NCBI GenBank assembly: GCA_040217195.1
Contig: JAVJNR010000008.1
Location: 416,001 to 480,000 of the forward strand
Length of the DNA stretch: 64,000 nt
Origin: Leptospiraceae bacterium
Lineage (GTDB): Bacteria > Spirochaetota > Leptospiria > Leptospirales > Leptonemataceae
Reading direction: 5' to 3'
The notes below the pieces were generated by a model. The model saw only the letters and a list, made by a program, of their open reading frames with translations, was not told the DNA's origin and did no database searches. Shown in pieces: positions 1-10,028 of this stretch; within the stretch, counting starts at the first letter, position 1, and every line of letters begins with the position of its first letter. Made by a program: the position numbers and the translations under genes.

Positions 1-363
1 ATGGTAGGCATGATTCTCTACAGAAGCATTGACATAGCTTTCACTAACAAGTAGCAATAGTAGTAAGGAGGCAATCCCGGCAAACAGAAAGGCAGAACCC
101 ACCAGTCGAAATCCTGTATGGATGACAGCAAGTACCGGCTGTCTCTCTCGAAATACAGGGTACAACACAGTTGCAATCAGAACATAGACTACAGCCATCG
201 TAGCCTGAAAAAACACTGCGATGTAGACCTGAACGGAAATGCCTACCAGAGTGCTGAGATAGTCTGGCTGCTCCAGAGCAAGCACGGAGGAGAATACCCC
301 GCAGACAATTCCCAGAATTAGTAAAACGCCAAATACAATACTAAGTTTTCTCAATGATTTCAA
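1..363 (-). CDS. DUF4386-like integral membrane protein (partial, runs off the left end)
   Basis: Not in the ORF track. Manual translation from TTG at 363 gives MKSLRKLSIVFGVLLILGIVCG...ATVLYPVFRERQPVLAVIHTGFRLVG..., open to base 1, with several TM helices and a GAGGAG Shine-Dalgarno just upstream. Confidence 0.65.
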   Translation of the reverse strand, partial: MKSLRKLSIVFGVLLILGIVCGVFSSVLALEQPDYLSTLVGISVQVYIAVFFQATMAVVYVLIATVLYPVFRERQPVLAVIHTGFRLVGSAFLFAGIASLLLLLLVSESYVNASVENHAYH

Positions 364-674
364 TCTCCAGACTCCTCAAATTCCTGAACTGAGAAACCAT
401 GTTTCCGGGTACCTTCTTTGAATCCACTCAATAATGCATCGTTAGCTTTTGCCAGAGATAAATTAGGATAGGTGCGCAACGGTAACCCGAACAACTGAAG
501 GCCTTGAAGTATCGGAGTTTGCAAAGTCGAAGGATCAATCAGTGGATTCAATCTCTTTTCTCGAGGAGCGTAACCTATAGCATGGACGTAAGCACAATTG
601 ATATATTAAGTAGATCCAATAGGTTCAATGAAATAGAAAGAGCAGGGAGCTTGGCCAGATTGTTGAAGCAGGGA

Positions 675-2480
675 TTATTGTTCTGTTTTTAGTAGAGCCA
701 GAAAAGCATCCTGCGGGATTTCCACAGAGCCAATCTGCTTCATTCGCTTCTTTCCCTCTTTTTGCTTTTCCAGAAGCTTTCGCTTTCGCGAAATGTCACC
801 ACCGTAGCACTTGGCAGTTACATTCTTCTTGAGTGCAGAAATATTCTCTCGTGCAATGACCTTTGCTCCGATGGCAGCCTGCAATGGAATCTGAAATTGA
901 TGCCTGGGAATCAATGCCTTTAATCGCTCCACGAATTGTCTGCCTCGAGCATCCGCCACACTTCTATGAACGATCATAGCAAGAGCATCCACAGGTTCAC
1001 CGTTTACCAGAATATCCACCTTGACCAGATCGGACTCCCGATAATCCGCCAGCTCATAATCTAAAGAAGCATAGCCCCGGGAAATAGATTTCAGACGGTC
1101 ATAGAATTCATAGATCACTTCTGCCAGAGGGATGTCATAGAGCAACTGCACCTTACCATCTTCCAGATAGAGAATGTTATTTTGAATTCCTCGTTTTTCC
1201 TGAAGCAGACCAATGAGATTGCCCATATAATCCTGAGGTGTGAGGATGGTGGCCTTTACATAGGGCTCCTCTTTTTTATCATACTTTGTAGGATCCGGCC
1301 AGTTACTCGGATTATCAATGTAGATTATTTTGCCTTTCGTATCCGTGATACGGTTCTTAACACTCGGTGCAGTATTGATTAGATCCAGCCCAAACTCTCT
1401 TTCCAGTCTCTCCTGCACGATTTCCATGTGAAGCAATCCAAGATAACCTACACGAAAACCAAAGCCCAGAGCCATGGAATTTTCCTGTTCGAAGATCAAA
1501 GCAGCATCGTTTAGTTTGAGTTTATGAAGCGCATCCTTCAATTGTTCAAAGTCATCTCCCATTACCGGGAACAGACCTGAAAATACCATGGGTTTTGCTT
1601 CCTGGTAACCTGGAAGCGCTTGCGTGGCTTTTCGGGATGCCATGGTAACTGTATCGCCTACACGAGTGTCCTCAACAGATTTGATTCCGGCGATAACGTA
1701 ACCCACTTCACCGGCCTGAAGCGTATCTCTCTTTACCGGAACAATTGTATTGATGCCCAGGTCCGTAACCATGAATTCTTTATCAGTGCCCATGATATAG
1801 ATCCGATCACCCTTCCTCATCTTTCCATCGAATACACGGACCTTCATCACCGCCCCGTTGTAGGAGTCGTATATGGAATCATGGATCAGGGCTCTTAGTG
1901 GTGCATCCAGATCCGCAACAGGAGCCGGGATGTATTTTACAATGGCTTCCAGAACATTCTGCACATTTTCGCCGGTCTTGGCGGACACTGGAATGGCCCG
2001 TTCCCGGTCCAGGCCCAGACTTTTTTCTATGAGTTCAAGACATCGATCCACATTGGCCGCTGGTAGATCTATTTTATTGATCACGGGAATGATTTCCAGA
2101 TCATGCTCCATGGCCAGATAAAGATTGGCCAGGGTTTGAGCCTCCACGCCCTGCGTGGCATCAACAACCAGAAGCACTCCTTCGCAGGCAGCAAGTGAAC
2201 GGGAAACCTCGTAGGAAAAGTCCACGTGGCCTGGAGTATCAATTAAGTTCAATGTGTAGGTGTTTCCGTCCAGGGCAATGAAATCAAAGGTGGCCGAATT
2301 GGACTTAATGGTAATCCCGCGCTCCCTTTCAATATCCATGGAGTCCAGGATTTGTTCTTTCCTGGTTCGGTCATTGGTTATATGACCAAGTTCAAGAAGG
2401 CGATCGGCCAGGGTGGATTTTCCATGATCAATATGAGCGATGATGGAGAAGTTCCGAATGTAGCGCGCGTCCACAGCCAT
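675..2480 (-). CDS. lepA: Translation elongation factor 4 (LepA)
   Basis: [38 protein letters not shown]-terminal [26 protein letters not shown]. Start set at MAVDARY (2480) rather than the ORF-track 2543. Confidence 0.97.
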   Translation of the reverse strand: MAVDARYIRNFSIIAHIDHGKSTLADRLLELGHITNDRTRKEQILDSMDIERERGITIKSNSATFDFIALDGNTYTLNLIDTPGHVDFSYEVSRSLAACEGVLLVVDATQGVEAQTLANLYLAMEHDLEIIPVINKIDLPAANVDRCLELIEKSLGLDRERAIPVSAKTGENVQNVLEAIVKYIPAPVADLDAPLRALIHDSIYDSYNGAVMKVRVFDGKMRKGDRIYIMGTDKEFMVTDLGINTIVPVKRDTLQAGEVGYVIAGIKSVEDTRVGDTVTMASRKATQALPGYQEAKPMVFSGLFPVMGDDFEQLKDALHKLKLNDAALIFEQENSMALGFGFRVGYLGLLHMEIVQERLEREFGLDLINTAPSVKNRITDTKGKIIYIDNPSNWPDPTKYDKKEEPYVKATILTPQDYMGNLIGLLQEKRGIQNNILYLEDGKVQLLYDIPLAEVIYEFYDRLKSISRGYASLDYELADYRESDLVKVDILVNGEPVDALAMIVHRSVADARGRQFVERLKALIPRHQFQIPLQAAIGAKVIARENISALKKNVTAKCYGGDISRKRKLLEKQKEGKKRMKQIGSVEIPQDAFLALLKTEQ

Positions 2481-2925
2481 TGCTGGCCAGAATCCGTGGA
2501 GGCCCGGAAAAAGCAAATTCTTGTTATGTGAGAAACCCGGCAATCCATGACTACTGGCCGGGGAAACTCTTTAGACTTATCTGTATGCCAGCCCAAAAAG
2601 CAGAATTCATAAACCTCCGGGCCCCCATTCTCAATAACGAGCCCATGAATGTTTACTGAGCGATTTCGACATTCTAACTCAACACTGAGCTGCCTCTTAA
2701 ATAGTTCTGGTTCGTTGCGTTTTTTTTGCTGCATAAAGCAATCGATTCTACTTTTTAGTCGTCGAATACTGGTAATTCAAGACTTACTGAATCAGCCGCT
2801 GGACCGAGTGCAATGGTCCGCCTGTAAACTGGTGCTGCCAATCCCGGTGGGCTGCATCGGACCTAAATAAAGAAATCGGGGATCCCTGAAAGGTTCCATT
2901 GGCTTAAGAAGGCAAGAGAACCGGA

Positions 2926-5532
2926 ATGAACATTTCAAAGTCGCCCCCTTTGATCCTGGTCGCCTATGCGGCCAGGAATACAACTGCCCTGCAGACTTTC
3001 TTGACAGGCATCCCCCGGGATCTCCAGGCAGGAATCGTATTGATTGCCGACGGAGAGAATTCTGTACCGCCCGGCCAGGAGTCCATCCAGCAGATTTCCG
3101 GAACCAGAACCTTCCAGGCTATTACCAATGGAGAGAAGATCAATCCGAATAGGATCTATACAACTCCGTCCAGAGAGACTTTCTCCATAGAAAACGATCG
3201 ATTCGCAGTCCGAAACTTTGATCAGCCAGGCGGAAACTACATCCTGGGCACTTACTTTCATAGCTTCGATCGGAACCTTGCCGTCGTTTTGTTACCTGAT
3301 CTTTCACACCCGATTGATCCAATCATTCGCGAACTCAAAGAAATGGGAATCGTTACTATTTCAGACCGATTTAGCCTGGGCGACAAAGACAATCCAGGCA
3401 TCAGCGCAGCAGATTATATTCTACCTCCAGAAATCATGGGATCGGCATTGCTTGGCTGGGCTCGAACCAGAGAAGACTTTACAAACGTAGACAGCACTGA
3501 TGCCTCGGATCATTCTTCGCAGCAGGACTCCTATCACAGAGATCTGGAACGATTAATTCAGGAACGATCATACGACCTGGAACGCTCCCGGCAATTGCTG
3601 GAGCAAACCGGACAGGTAGCACGTGTAGGCGGATGGGAACTGGATGTGCTTTCCGGCGAAATCGTCTGGACCCATGCAACGCATACAATCTTTGAAACCC
3701 AGGATTCCTTTGTACCTGACCTGCATTCGCAGCTGCAGTTCTTTCTTCCCGATGATCATGCAAGACTGGAACAATTGGTCACCGTAGCCACAGATCATGG
3801 CCAGCCATTCGATATTGAACTTAGAATGCGAACTGCTGCTTATTCGGATAAATGGGTGGTGGTATCCGGCCGGCCGGTAATGGAGGGTGATAAATGTGTT
3901 CGAATCTTTGGTTCCGTCCAGGATATAACCGAGAGAAAGGAATTCGAAGACAGACTGAAACGAACCACAAATATGCTACTTAGAGCAGAGCACATTGCCA
4001 GCCTGGGTAGCTGGGAATGGGAAGTGGAATCCGACCTGATTACCTGGTCTGATGAGCTATTCAATTTATTTGGAATCCTGCCAGAAGAGGGACCTCCTAC
4101 TTTTAAGGAACAACAGTCGCTTTATACTGCTGAGAGCTACCATCGACTGAGCGAAGCAATTGAAAGATGCATTCAAAGAAAGATTCCCTATTATATTGAG
4201 CTAGAGGCCATTCGGCGGGACGGAAAACATATTTTTGGAATTGCAACCGGTCTTCCCATTAAAGATTTCTCGGGTCAGGTAATCAGGATCTATGGATCCT
4301 TTCAGGACATCACCGCTCGGGCTCTAGCCCAACAGGAAGCCTTCCAGGCCCGCGAAGAAGCAGAAAAAGCAAACCGTGCAAAAACCCTTTTCCTGGGGAA
4401 CCTGAGCCATGAGCTTCGCACACCCATGAATGCAATTATCGGGATGACGGAACTGGCTCTGGAAGAAGAGCTGGGCTCCAATGTACGTTCCTATCTGGAG
4501 ACAGTGCGAGATGCATCCGGTCATTTAATGAACATCATCTCAGATTTGCTGGATTCCGCTGTAATAGAAAAAGGGGAGCTTGAACTCTCCGAAGAAGAAT
4601 TTTCCATTCGCGATACTGCATTAAGAACTACATCCCTGGTCGAACGGGAGATCCAGCAAAAGGGTCTTGGCTATAAAATGTCCATAGATGATCAAATTCC
4701 TGACTCAGTACTGGGAGACTCCAATCGATTCGCTCAAGTAATGCTCGGTCTTCTGGGAAATGCGGCCCGATACACAATCGAAGGCCAAATCAGTCTGTCG
4801 CTGAAACGAATCACTGATAGTGACGGGAATGGAAAATGCCAGGTGGAGCTTACAGTCAGCGATACAGGACCCGGAATATCGGAAGAGAACCTGGATCTAA
4901 TATTCGAAAAATTTTCGCAAGTGCAAATTGGTGAGAATCGGCTGATCAAGCATTCCAGCGGGACCGGACTGGGACTGTACATCACCAAAAATATAGTCAA
5001 TGCCATGGGAGGTGCAATTTCAGTATCCAGCACCCCCGGAAAAGGAAGCACTTTCAAAGCAAACATTCCATTTCGGTTATCACCGCAGAACCGTAGAGAC
5101 CGACCGTCCAGACAACGGGGAAAGAATTCGCCTCTAAACATCTTGATGGTAGAGGACAACAGTATCAATGCACTTGTCCAACGTACCGTACTGGAGCAGG
5201 AAGGCCATGCAGTGCATACCGTGTCCAATGGCTATGCAGCGCTGGACAGCTTGAATGAACGCAAATACGACCTGGTATTGATGGACCTTGAAATGCCAGG
5301 AATCGATGGATTCGAAACCACAAGAGCCATTCGCTCCGGCCAGGCGGGAAATAGCAACGAACGTTTGCCGATCATTGCTATTACAGCCCACGTTTTGTCT
5401 GAAGTAGAAGATCATTGTAAGGCCTGCGGTATGAATGGATTCATTACCAAACCAATCGATGTAGCTACTCTGGAACAGAGCATTCATGACTTAATCCAAT
5501 CCACAGAATCAAAAAATGGCGCTGGAGGATAA
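2926..5532 (+). CDS. Hybrid sensor histidine kinase (degenerate CheB-like N-terminus, 2 PAS, HisKA, HATPase, REC)
   Basis: Two GxWE(L/W)D/E...QDIT PAS repeats, H-box SHELRTPMNAI, DTGPGI and GTGLGL G-boxes, receiver LMVEDN...LMDLEMP...FITKP. Confidence 0.92.
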   Translation: MNISKSPPLILVAYAARNTTALQTFLTGIPRDLQAGIVLIADGENSVPPGQESIQQISGTRTFQAITNGEKINPNRIYTTPSRETFSIENDRFAVRNFDQPGGNYILGTYFHSFDRNLAVVLLPDLSHPIDPIIRELKEMGIVTISDRFSLGDKDNPGISAADYILPPEIMGSALLGWARTREDFTNVDSTDASDHSSQQDSYHRDLERLIQERSYDLERSRQLLEQTGQVARVGGWELDVLSGEIVWTHATHTIFETQDSFVPDLHSQLQFFLPDDHARLEQLVTVATDHGQPFDIELRMRTAAYSDKWVVVSGRPVMEGDKCVRIFGSVQDITERKEFEDRLKRTTNMLLRAEHIASLGSWEWEVESDLITWSDELFNLFGILPEEGPPTFKEQQSLYTAESYHRLSEAIERCIQRKIPYYIELEAIRRDGKHIFGIATGLPIKDFSGQVIRIYGSFQDITARALAQQEAFQAREEAEKANRAKTLFLGNLSHELRTPMNAIIGMTELALEEELGSNVRSYLETVRDASGHLMNIISDLLDSAVIEKGELELSEEEFSIRDTALRTTSLVEREIQQKGLGYKMSIDDQIPDSVLGDSNRFAQVMLGLLGNAARYTIEGQISLSLKRITDSDGNGKCQVELTVSDTGPGISEENLDLIFEKFSQVQIGENRLIKHSSGTGLGLYITKNIVNAMGGAISVSSTPGKGSTFKANIPFRLSPQNRRDRPSRQRGKNSPLNILMVEDNSINALVQRTVLEQEGHAVHTVSNGYAALDSLNERKYDLVLMDLEMPGIDGFETTRAIRSGQAGNSNERLPIIAITAHVLSEVEDHCKACGMNGFITKPIDVATLEQSIHDLIQSTESKNGAGG

Positions 5533-5706
5533 TCCCTGGTCGGCAAGATTTGCATCCAGGCCGGCTTAGTAATCTAATCGCCAACCGTATCTCGCAGCCT
5601 TCAATATGCATTATTCGCAATACGAAAGTGCTTTCATTTTTGGCTCGTCGCAAGAATCGATTTACTATTTATTGCAGTAAACTCAATCGAAAAGGATTCT
5701 TTAACT

Positions 5707-6324
5707 ATGCATAAGAGCTTGATTTTAATTCTCACTGGAACACTGATTTTCTCCTGCGCAGAGGCACCAGATGCTGAAATGGCAACAACCGGAGAGGCGA
5801 CGACCGAATCCGAAGCCACCGGAGAAAAAAGAAGTATAAATATTGAGCAAAGCAAGGTTTCGTGGATAGGAACTAAGATCACAGGCCAGCACAATGGCAC
5901 CATAAGAATAAAGAGCGGTCATATCTTCGTCGATGGCGAGGAAATAACAGGCGGCGAATTCGTAATGGATATGAGCACTATCACAGTGCTTGATCTTACT
6001 GGCGAAAAGAAACAGAAGCTGGAAAAGCATTTACGGACTACGGATTTTTTTGAGGTTCAGAAATATCCGGAGAGCAAATTTTCCATTACTTCTGTTGAAA
6101 AGCAGGGAGATTCATTACAGGTAACCGGAAACCTTACCATGCGTGATACCACTCATTCCATTCAGTTTAAGGCCAGCGTTGAGAAGGATGAATCTGGCAA
6201 TCCCAATCGCGTAACTGCAGATTTTAACATAGATCGACAGAAATGGGGCGTTGTATACAAAGGCAAACCGGACGATGCAATACGCGACGAAGTTAACCTG
6301 AAACCAGAAATCTTACTTCAATAA
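5707..6324 (+). CDS. YceI-family lipid/polyisoprenoid-binding lipoprotein
   Basis: Lipobox LIFSC; SKVSWIG..HNG, HLRTTDFFEVQKYP, VTGNLTMRD, IDRQKWG motifs. Confidence 0.88.
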   Translation: MHKSLILILTGTLIFSCAEAPDAEMATTGEATTESEATGEKRSINIEQSKVSWIGTKITGQHNGTIRIKSGHIFVDGEEITGGEFVMDMSTITVLDLTGEKKQKLEKHLRTTDFFEVQKYPESKFSITSVEKQGDSLQVTGNLTMRDTTHSIQFKASVEKDESGNPNRVTADFNIDRQKWGVVYKGKPDDAIRDEVNLKPEILLQ

Positions 6325-6355
6325 CCAGCAGCACAGCTCTGGAAATAAGGACAGG

Positions 6356-6394
6356 CCAGTGGTGCGAAATCTTCTGTTCGCATCACTGGGCTTT
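6356..6394 (+). terminator. Probable intrinsic terminator after the YceI gene
   Basis: CCAGTGGTGCGAA-8 nt-TTCGCATCACTGG stem followed by GCTTT. Confidence 0.5.
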
Positions 6395-6580
6395 ATCACC
6401 TGTTACAATCTAATGTCCTAAACACTCGACCGGCGATGTTTAGCATTCCTGGCAATTAAATACTGACAACATGTTACATCAGTCCCACGGTAACTTCAAG
6501 CAGGCACCCTAAATTCATGAAACTGTGCTGAAATAATAAAATCAGCTTTTCTGTACAGAGGCGGATTACGAATTGGAGAC

Positions 6581-6937
6581 ATGTGGGCCGAGGTAGAAAA
6601 GAAGGAGCAGGGCAATTGTGTCCTACTGCGCTTTCGCGGCCACTGGGAACTGGAAAGGCATTATGAGCTCAGGAGTTTGTTTCTGGAACTGCTGGATCTG
6701 GATCAGCCCAGGATAATCATGAACCTCAGCGAAGTTGACCATTTTAGTTCCAGCATCATGGGTGCCATCATCGGCTTCCAGCAGGATCTCACTCGAATCG
6801 GCGGCCGGATGATTCTCGTGGACCCATCAGAAACCGTTCAACTCACCATCCGATTACTCCGTCTTGAGAATTTCTTTGCCATTGGAGATTCAGAGTTGGC
6901 CGCTTCGGAAAAACTGGGATGCACCAGCGCTCCATAG
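6581..6937 (+). CDS. STAS-domain anti-sigma-factor antagonist
   Basis: 118 aa; IIMNLSEVDHFSSSIMG resembles the SpoIIAA/RsbV phospho-Ser motif; GGAG RBS. Confidence 0.85.
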   Translation: MWAEVEKKEQGNCVLLRFRGHWELERHYELRSLFLELLDLDQPRIIMNLSEVDHFSSSIMGAIIGFQQDLTRIGGRMILVDPSETVQLTIRLLRLENFFAIGDSELAASEKLGCTSAP

Positions 6938-7789
6938 CCATATAGAAGATTTAAGATCTTCGAATTCACCGGTCCGCTACTGTGGGCTATTTCAAGCGCT
7001 TGAATCCGGGCCAATTGAGCATGCAAGTTGAGCAGCCCTTTTGGCACTGGGCCCGCCACCGATAGATACTGTGTTTTATGATCCAGAGACTGGGAGTTTC
7101 TACTTCCGAATTTTCAGAAATTCGGGGTCTGACAGAGATCGCGACTTTTAATCAACAGGACAATTACCGTCCCGGAACCAGAATCACTCTCAGCCAGACT
7201 CTTCGGATCCTCAATTTCATGGGACTGTCAGGCCAATTTTTGTATGAAACTCGCAAATCAATGAATTTGAATCAAGAAAACTGTAGCCCCCGTGCGGACT
7301 ATGTAGTGTGGACGATGTGGTGTTTTGATTCATTCAGCCCGGACTGGCGTGTAAACCATCAGAGTGTTTATAGCCACCGAATGCAAGGAAATGAGACATA
7401 ATCCACATTATCGGAAGCTATCTGGATTTACTGCCAGTGGCTGGAATTGCCGTTCCGGGAAATGCAGAAATGCAGGATACATAGATAGAAATAGCTATGG
7501 GATAATCAATGGCTTTGCGGGTTTGTCCGGCAGACCGAAATCCAGAATCAGAAGATTGAGCGGTCTTACTTGTCCCGGTACTGCGTTGAAAGCGCCAAAA
7601 TGGAGCAATCCCTGAATGTGAATTCCTTCCACCCAGACGACGATTCCGCCCGGGAGGCATATGGGCAAAATCCTCAAAAAAAATGCGCTCCCGGTCACAA
7701 TCCATCCTGGAGCTCAGTCTAACTAACAAAGACTCAAACGATTCAATGTAAGTTCTCGCTGCATTGAATCTGAGATTTCAGGAGCAAAA

Positions 7790-8170
7790 ATGAAACTACT
7801 ATCTAAAATCCTCATCGCGCTGGTTGCGCTGGAGCATATCCTATTTCTGGTGCTGGAGATGTTTCTCTGGGAGCATCCGGACTATGGACTGAAGATATTC
7901 AATCTGCCCCCGGAAGCCGCAGCTTCCTCAGCGACGCTGGCCGTAAATCAGGGATTGTACAATGGATTTCTGGCAGCCGGACTGATCTGGTCCGCATTTC
8001 TCATAGCCGAGAAACGTCAGGCCTTTACAAATACAATATTCTTTCTGGTATGCGTTATTATCGCAGGCATAGTGGGCGGTTTCACAGCCAAGCTCACCAT
8101 ACTGTATACTCAGGGTCTGCCAGCACTTCTAGCACTGATTGCAACAGTACTTGCCAATCGTAGCTCTTGA
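7790..8170 (+). CDS. DUF1304-family membrane protein
   Basis: ALEHILFLVLEMFLW, LAVNQGLYNGFLAAGLIW; AGGAG RBS. Confidence 0.88.
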   Translation: MKLLSKILIALVALEHILFLVLEMFLWEHPDYGLKIFNLPPEAAASSATLAVNQGLYNGFLAAGLIWSAFLIAEKRQAFTNTIFFLVCVIIAGIVGGFTAKLTILYTQGLPALLALIATVLANRSS

Positions 8171-8200
8171 GATCCCTATTGCCTGGTAAGGGACTCAATC

Positions 8201-9055
8201 ATGAGCGATCTGGACTATAAGACTCTCATCCCCCTGGCTTTGCAGGGGGATGCTGATGCGCTGGAAGGCATTCTACTCAGTGTTCGAGATCAGATATACA
8301 ATCTGGCTTTGCGTTTCCTATGGCATCCACAGGAAGCCGAAGATGCGGCTCAGGAAATTCTGGTAAAGATAATGCTGCACCTCAATCAGTTTGAATTCAG
8401 AAGCGCTTTTTCTACCTGGACCTACAGAATCGCAACCAACTACCTAATCGATACGAAAAGAACGTTGCTTGAGCGTTCGAATCTCAGCTTTGAAGACATG
8501 TCCCGGGAGATTGCTGGCTCGGCATCCATGCCACTGGACAGGCCCTCGGATTGGAATTCCGTCACGGAAGATGCGGAGGATTCCCTGTCCTCTAAAGCCC
8601 GAGAGGTGCAAACGGCCTGCACACATGCCATGCTACAATGCCTGGACCGAAACTCCCGCATGGCCTTCATACTTGGGGAGGTATTCAACATGCACAGTGA
8701 CGATGCTGGTTATGTGCTCGGAACATCAAGCCAGGCCTACAGACAACGTCTCTCACGAGCCCGCAGCCGAATGACTGAATTCATGCAAGGCCATTGCGGC
8801 CTCATGGATGACCGAAATCACTGCCGATGCAGCACCAGAGCCTGTCAGCTGCAATCCAATCGTAAGCTTCAAAGATACCTTGGATATGCCCGAAGAATGA
8901 AAACTGCTGAGACAGACTCCCTTCCCGATCCAGGCAGCGTACAGCTGGGAAAGATGGCATTGATCTACAGAAGCAATCGTTCCTATGTTCCACGATTTCT
9001 AGTTCTGGATCGAATTAAGCGTACGCTTAACACTCCATCCCTGGAGCAGACCTGA
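8201..9055 (+). CDS. ECF RNA polymerase sigma factor with Cys-rich C-terminal extension
   Basis: Region 2 AEDAAQEILVK...FSTWTYRIATN; region 4 AYRQRLSRAR; extra CTHAMLQC and CGLMDDRNHCRC motifs. Confidence 0.88.
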   Translation: MSDLDYKTLIPLALQGDADALEGILLSVRDQIYNLALRFLWHPQEAEDAAQEILVKIMLHLNQFEFRSAFSTWTYRIATNYLIDTKRTLLERSNLSFEDMSREIAGSASMPLDRPSDWNSVTEDAEDSLSSKAREVQTACTHAMLQCLDRNSRMAFILGEVFNMHSDDAGYVLGTSSQAYRQRLSRARSRMTEFMQGHCGLMDDRNHCRCSTRACQLQSNRKLQRYLGYARRMKTAETDSLPDPGSVQLGKMALIYRSNRSYVPRFLVLDRIKRTLNTPSLEQT

Positions 9056-9186
9056 GATGCAAATCTGCTTCTGGTCCTGTGTTCCGCATCATCAGATCGG
9101 GAAGTAAGAGAACGACAAATAGGCTTTCAGTTAGCACTGCCCTTCTTCGGTAAGTAACGCAACCATCGTAAATAAACACCTCAGCT

Positions 9187-9202
9187 GGTTTCACGTGAAA
9201 CG
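9187..9202. promoter_or_regulatory. parS-like ParB-binding palindrome
   Basis: gGTTTCACGTGAAACg: perfect 14-bp palindrome, 14/16 identical to the consensus TGTTTCACGTGAAACA, intergenic. Confidence 0.7.
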
Positions 9203-9256
9203 ATATGTATTACATATAATAAGACAATAAGTATTGATTATGTCACTAAAACAAAT

Positions 9257-9440
9257 CCAGGCAGTCAGACGCGCCCACCCCGCGCTCTATGGAAATGCCG
9301 CGTTGTTATTTAAACGCCTTCCCTTGCAGTACCCAGGTTGAAGAGGGCCTGCGGCTTTATTTCCGTTCGCATTCGCCTCCAGATTTGATCCGGAGAATCT
9401 ACTAACACCGAAGACTCTGTTTTCAGCCCGACCAGCCAGG
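9257..9440 (-). ncRNA. Candidate structured non-coding RNA (~184 nt, family unassigned)
   Basis: Manual folding of the minus strand gives a terminal stem with G-U pairs plus two internal arms (9365-9406 and 9291-9364). Confidence 0.3.
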
Positions 9441-9449
9441 TAATTCTTA

Positions 9450-9941
9450 TTAGTCAGACTCTTCAGAATCCAACCAGGGACGACCCCATTTTTCATAGGC
9501 TTTCCGATCCATTAGCTTCAACGTAATGGAGCCCTTCTCAAAAACGGTAGCGTTGATCTGATAGTTGCCCTCTAGTTTCCAGACGTAGCCCCTCTTTGTC
9601 GGTTTCGTCGGAGTGCCGTAGACTGGAAGCAACTCAAGTAGAAGCTCTTCCTTTTCAAGAGGCATGGTTACATTCATTCCGGAAAGCTTTCCATTTGGAT
9701 GAAAATGCAGCGTAAGCTTTTGATACGTTGCATCCAGGTTCTTGTAGATGATCATGGTGGTCTTTTCATCTTCGAAAACGGCGGGATCTGGCGCCTCGGG
9801 AAACCTTTCTTCCAGGGTGGCCTGGGCTTTGTCTCGGGTTTCTCCCAGGGTGATACCAAGATAGGCAGGAGGCTCGGCCAGAGAGGCTCCAAACGACACT
9901 ATGGATAAGAATCCGGCCAGGATATAGCTTCTGATTCGCAT
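9450..9941 (-). CDS. Secreted hypothetical protein
   Basis: Signal peptide ending ASLA-E; 163 aa; YLGITLGET start of the mature region. Confidence 0.7.
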   Translation of the reverse strand: MRIRSYILAGFLSIVSFGASLAEPPAYLGITLGETRDKAQATLEERFPEAPDPAVFEDEKTTMIIYKNLDATYQKLTLHFHPNGKLSGMNVTMPLEKEELLLELLPVYGTPTKPTKRGYVWKLEGNYQINATVFEKGSITLKLMDRKAYEKWGRPWLDSEESD

Positions 9942-10028
9942 GCTTTAGCCGGCCTCATTCTCCAGGATGTGTCAAGAAAATCCTTCCGGGATCGCACGCT
10001 ATCCAGGTACCATAAATCGGTCTAATCG

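Noticed and set aside
118..692. Short ORFs 118-321, 360-551 and 504-692
   Set aside because: No motifs. 118-321 is antisense to the better-supported membrane-protein frame 1-363, and the others look like chance ORFs.
9357..9400. GGCGAATG after a hairpin (minus strand), reminiscent of the HDV ribozyme J4/2 strand
   Set aside because: No matching P1/P2/P3 nested pseudoknot could be built upstream.
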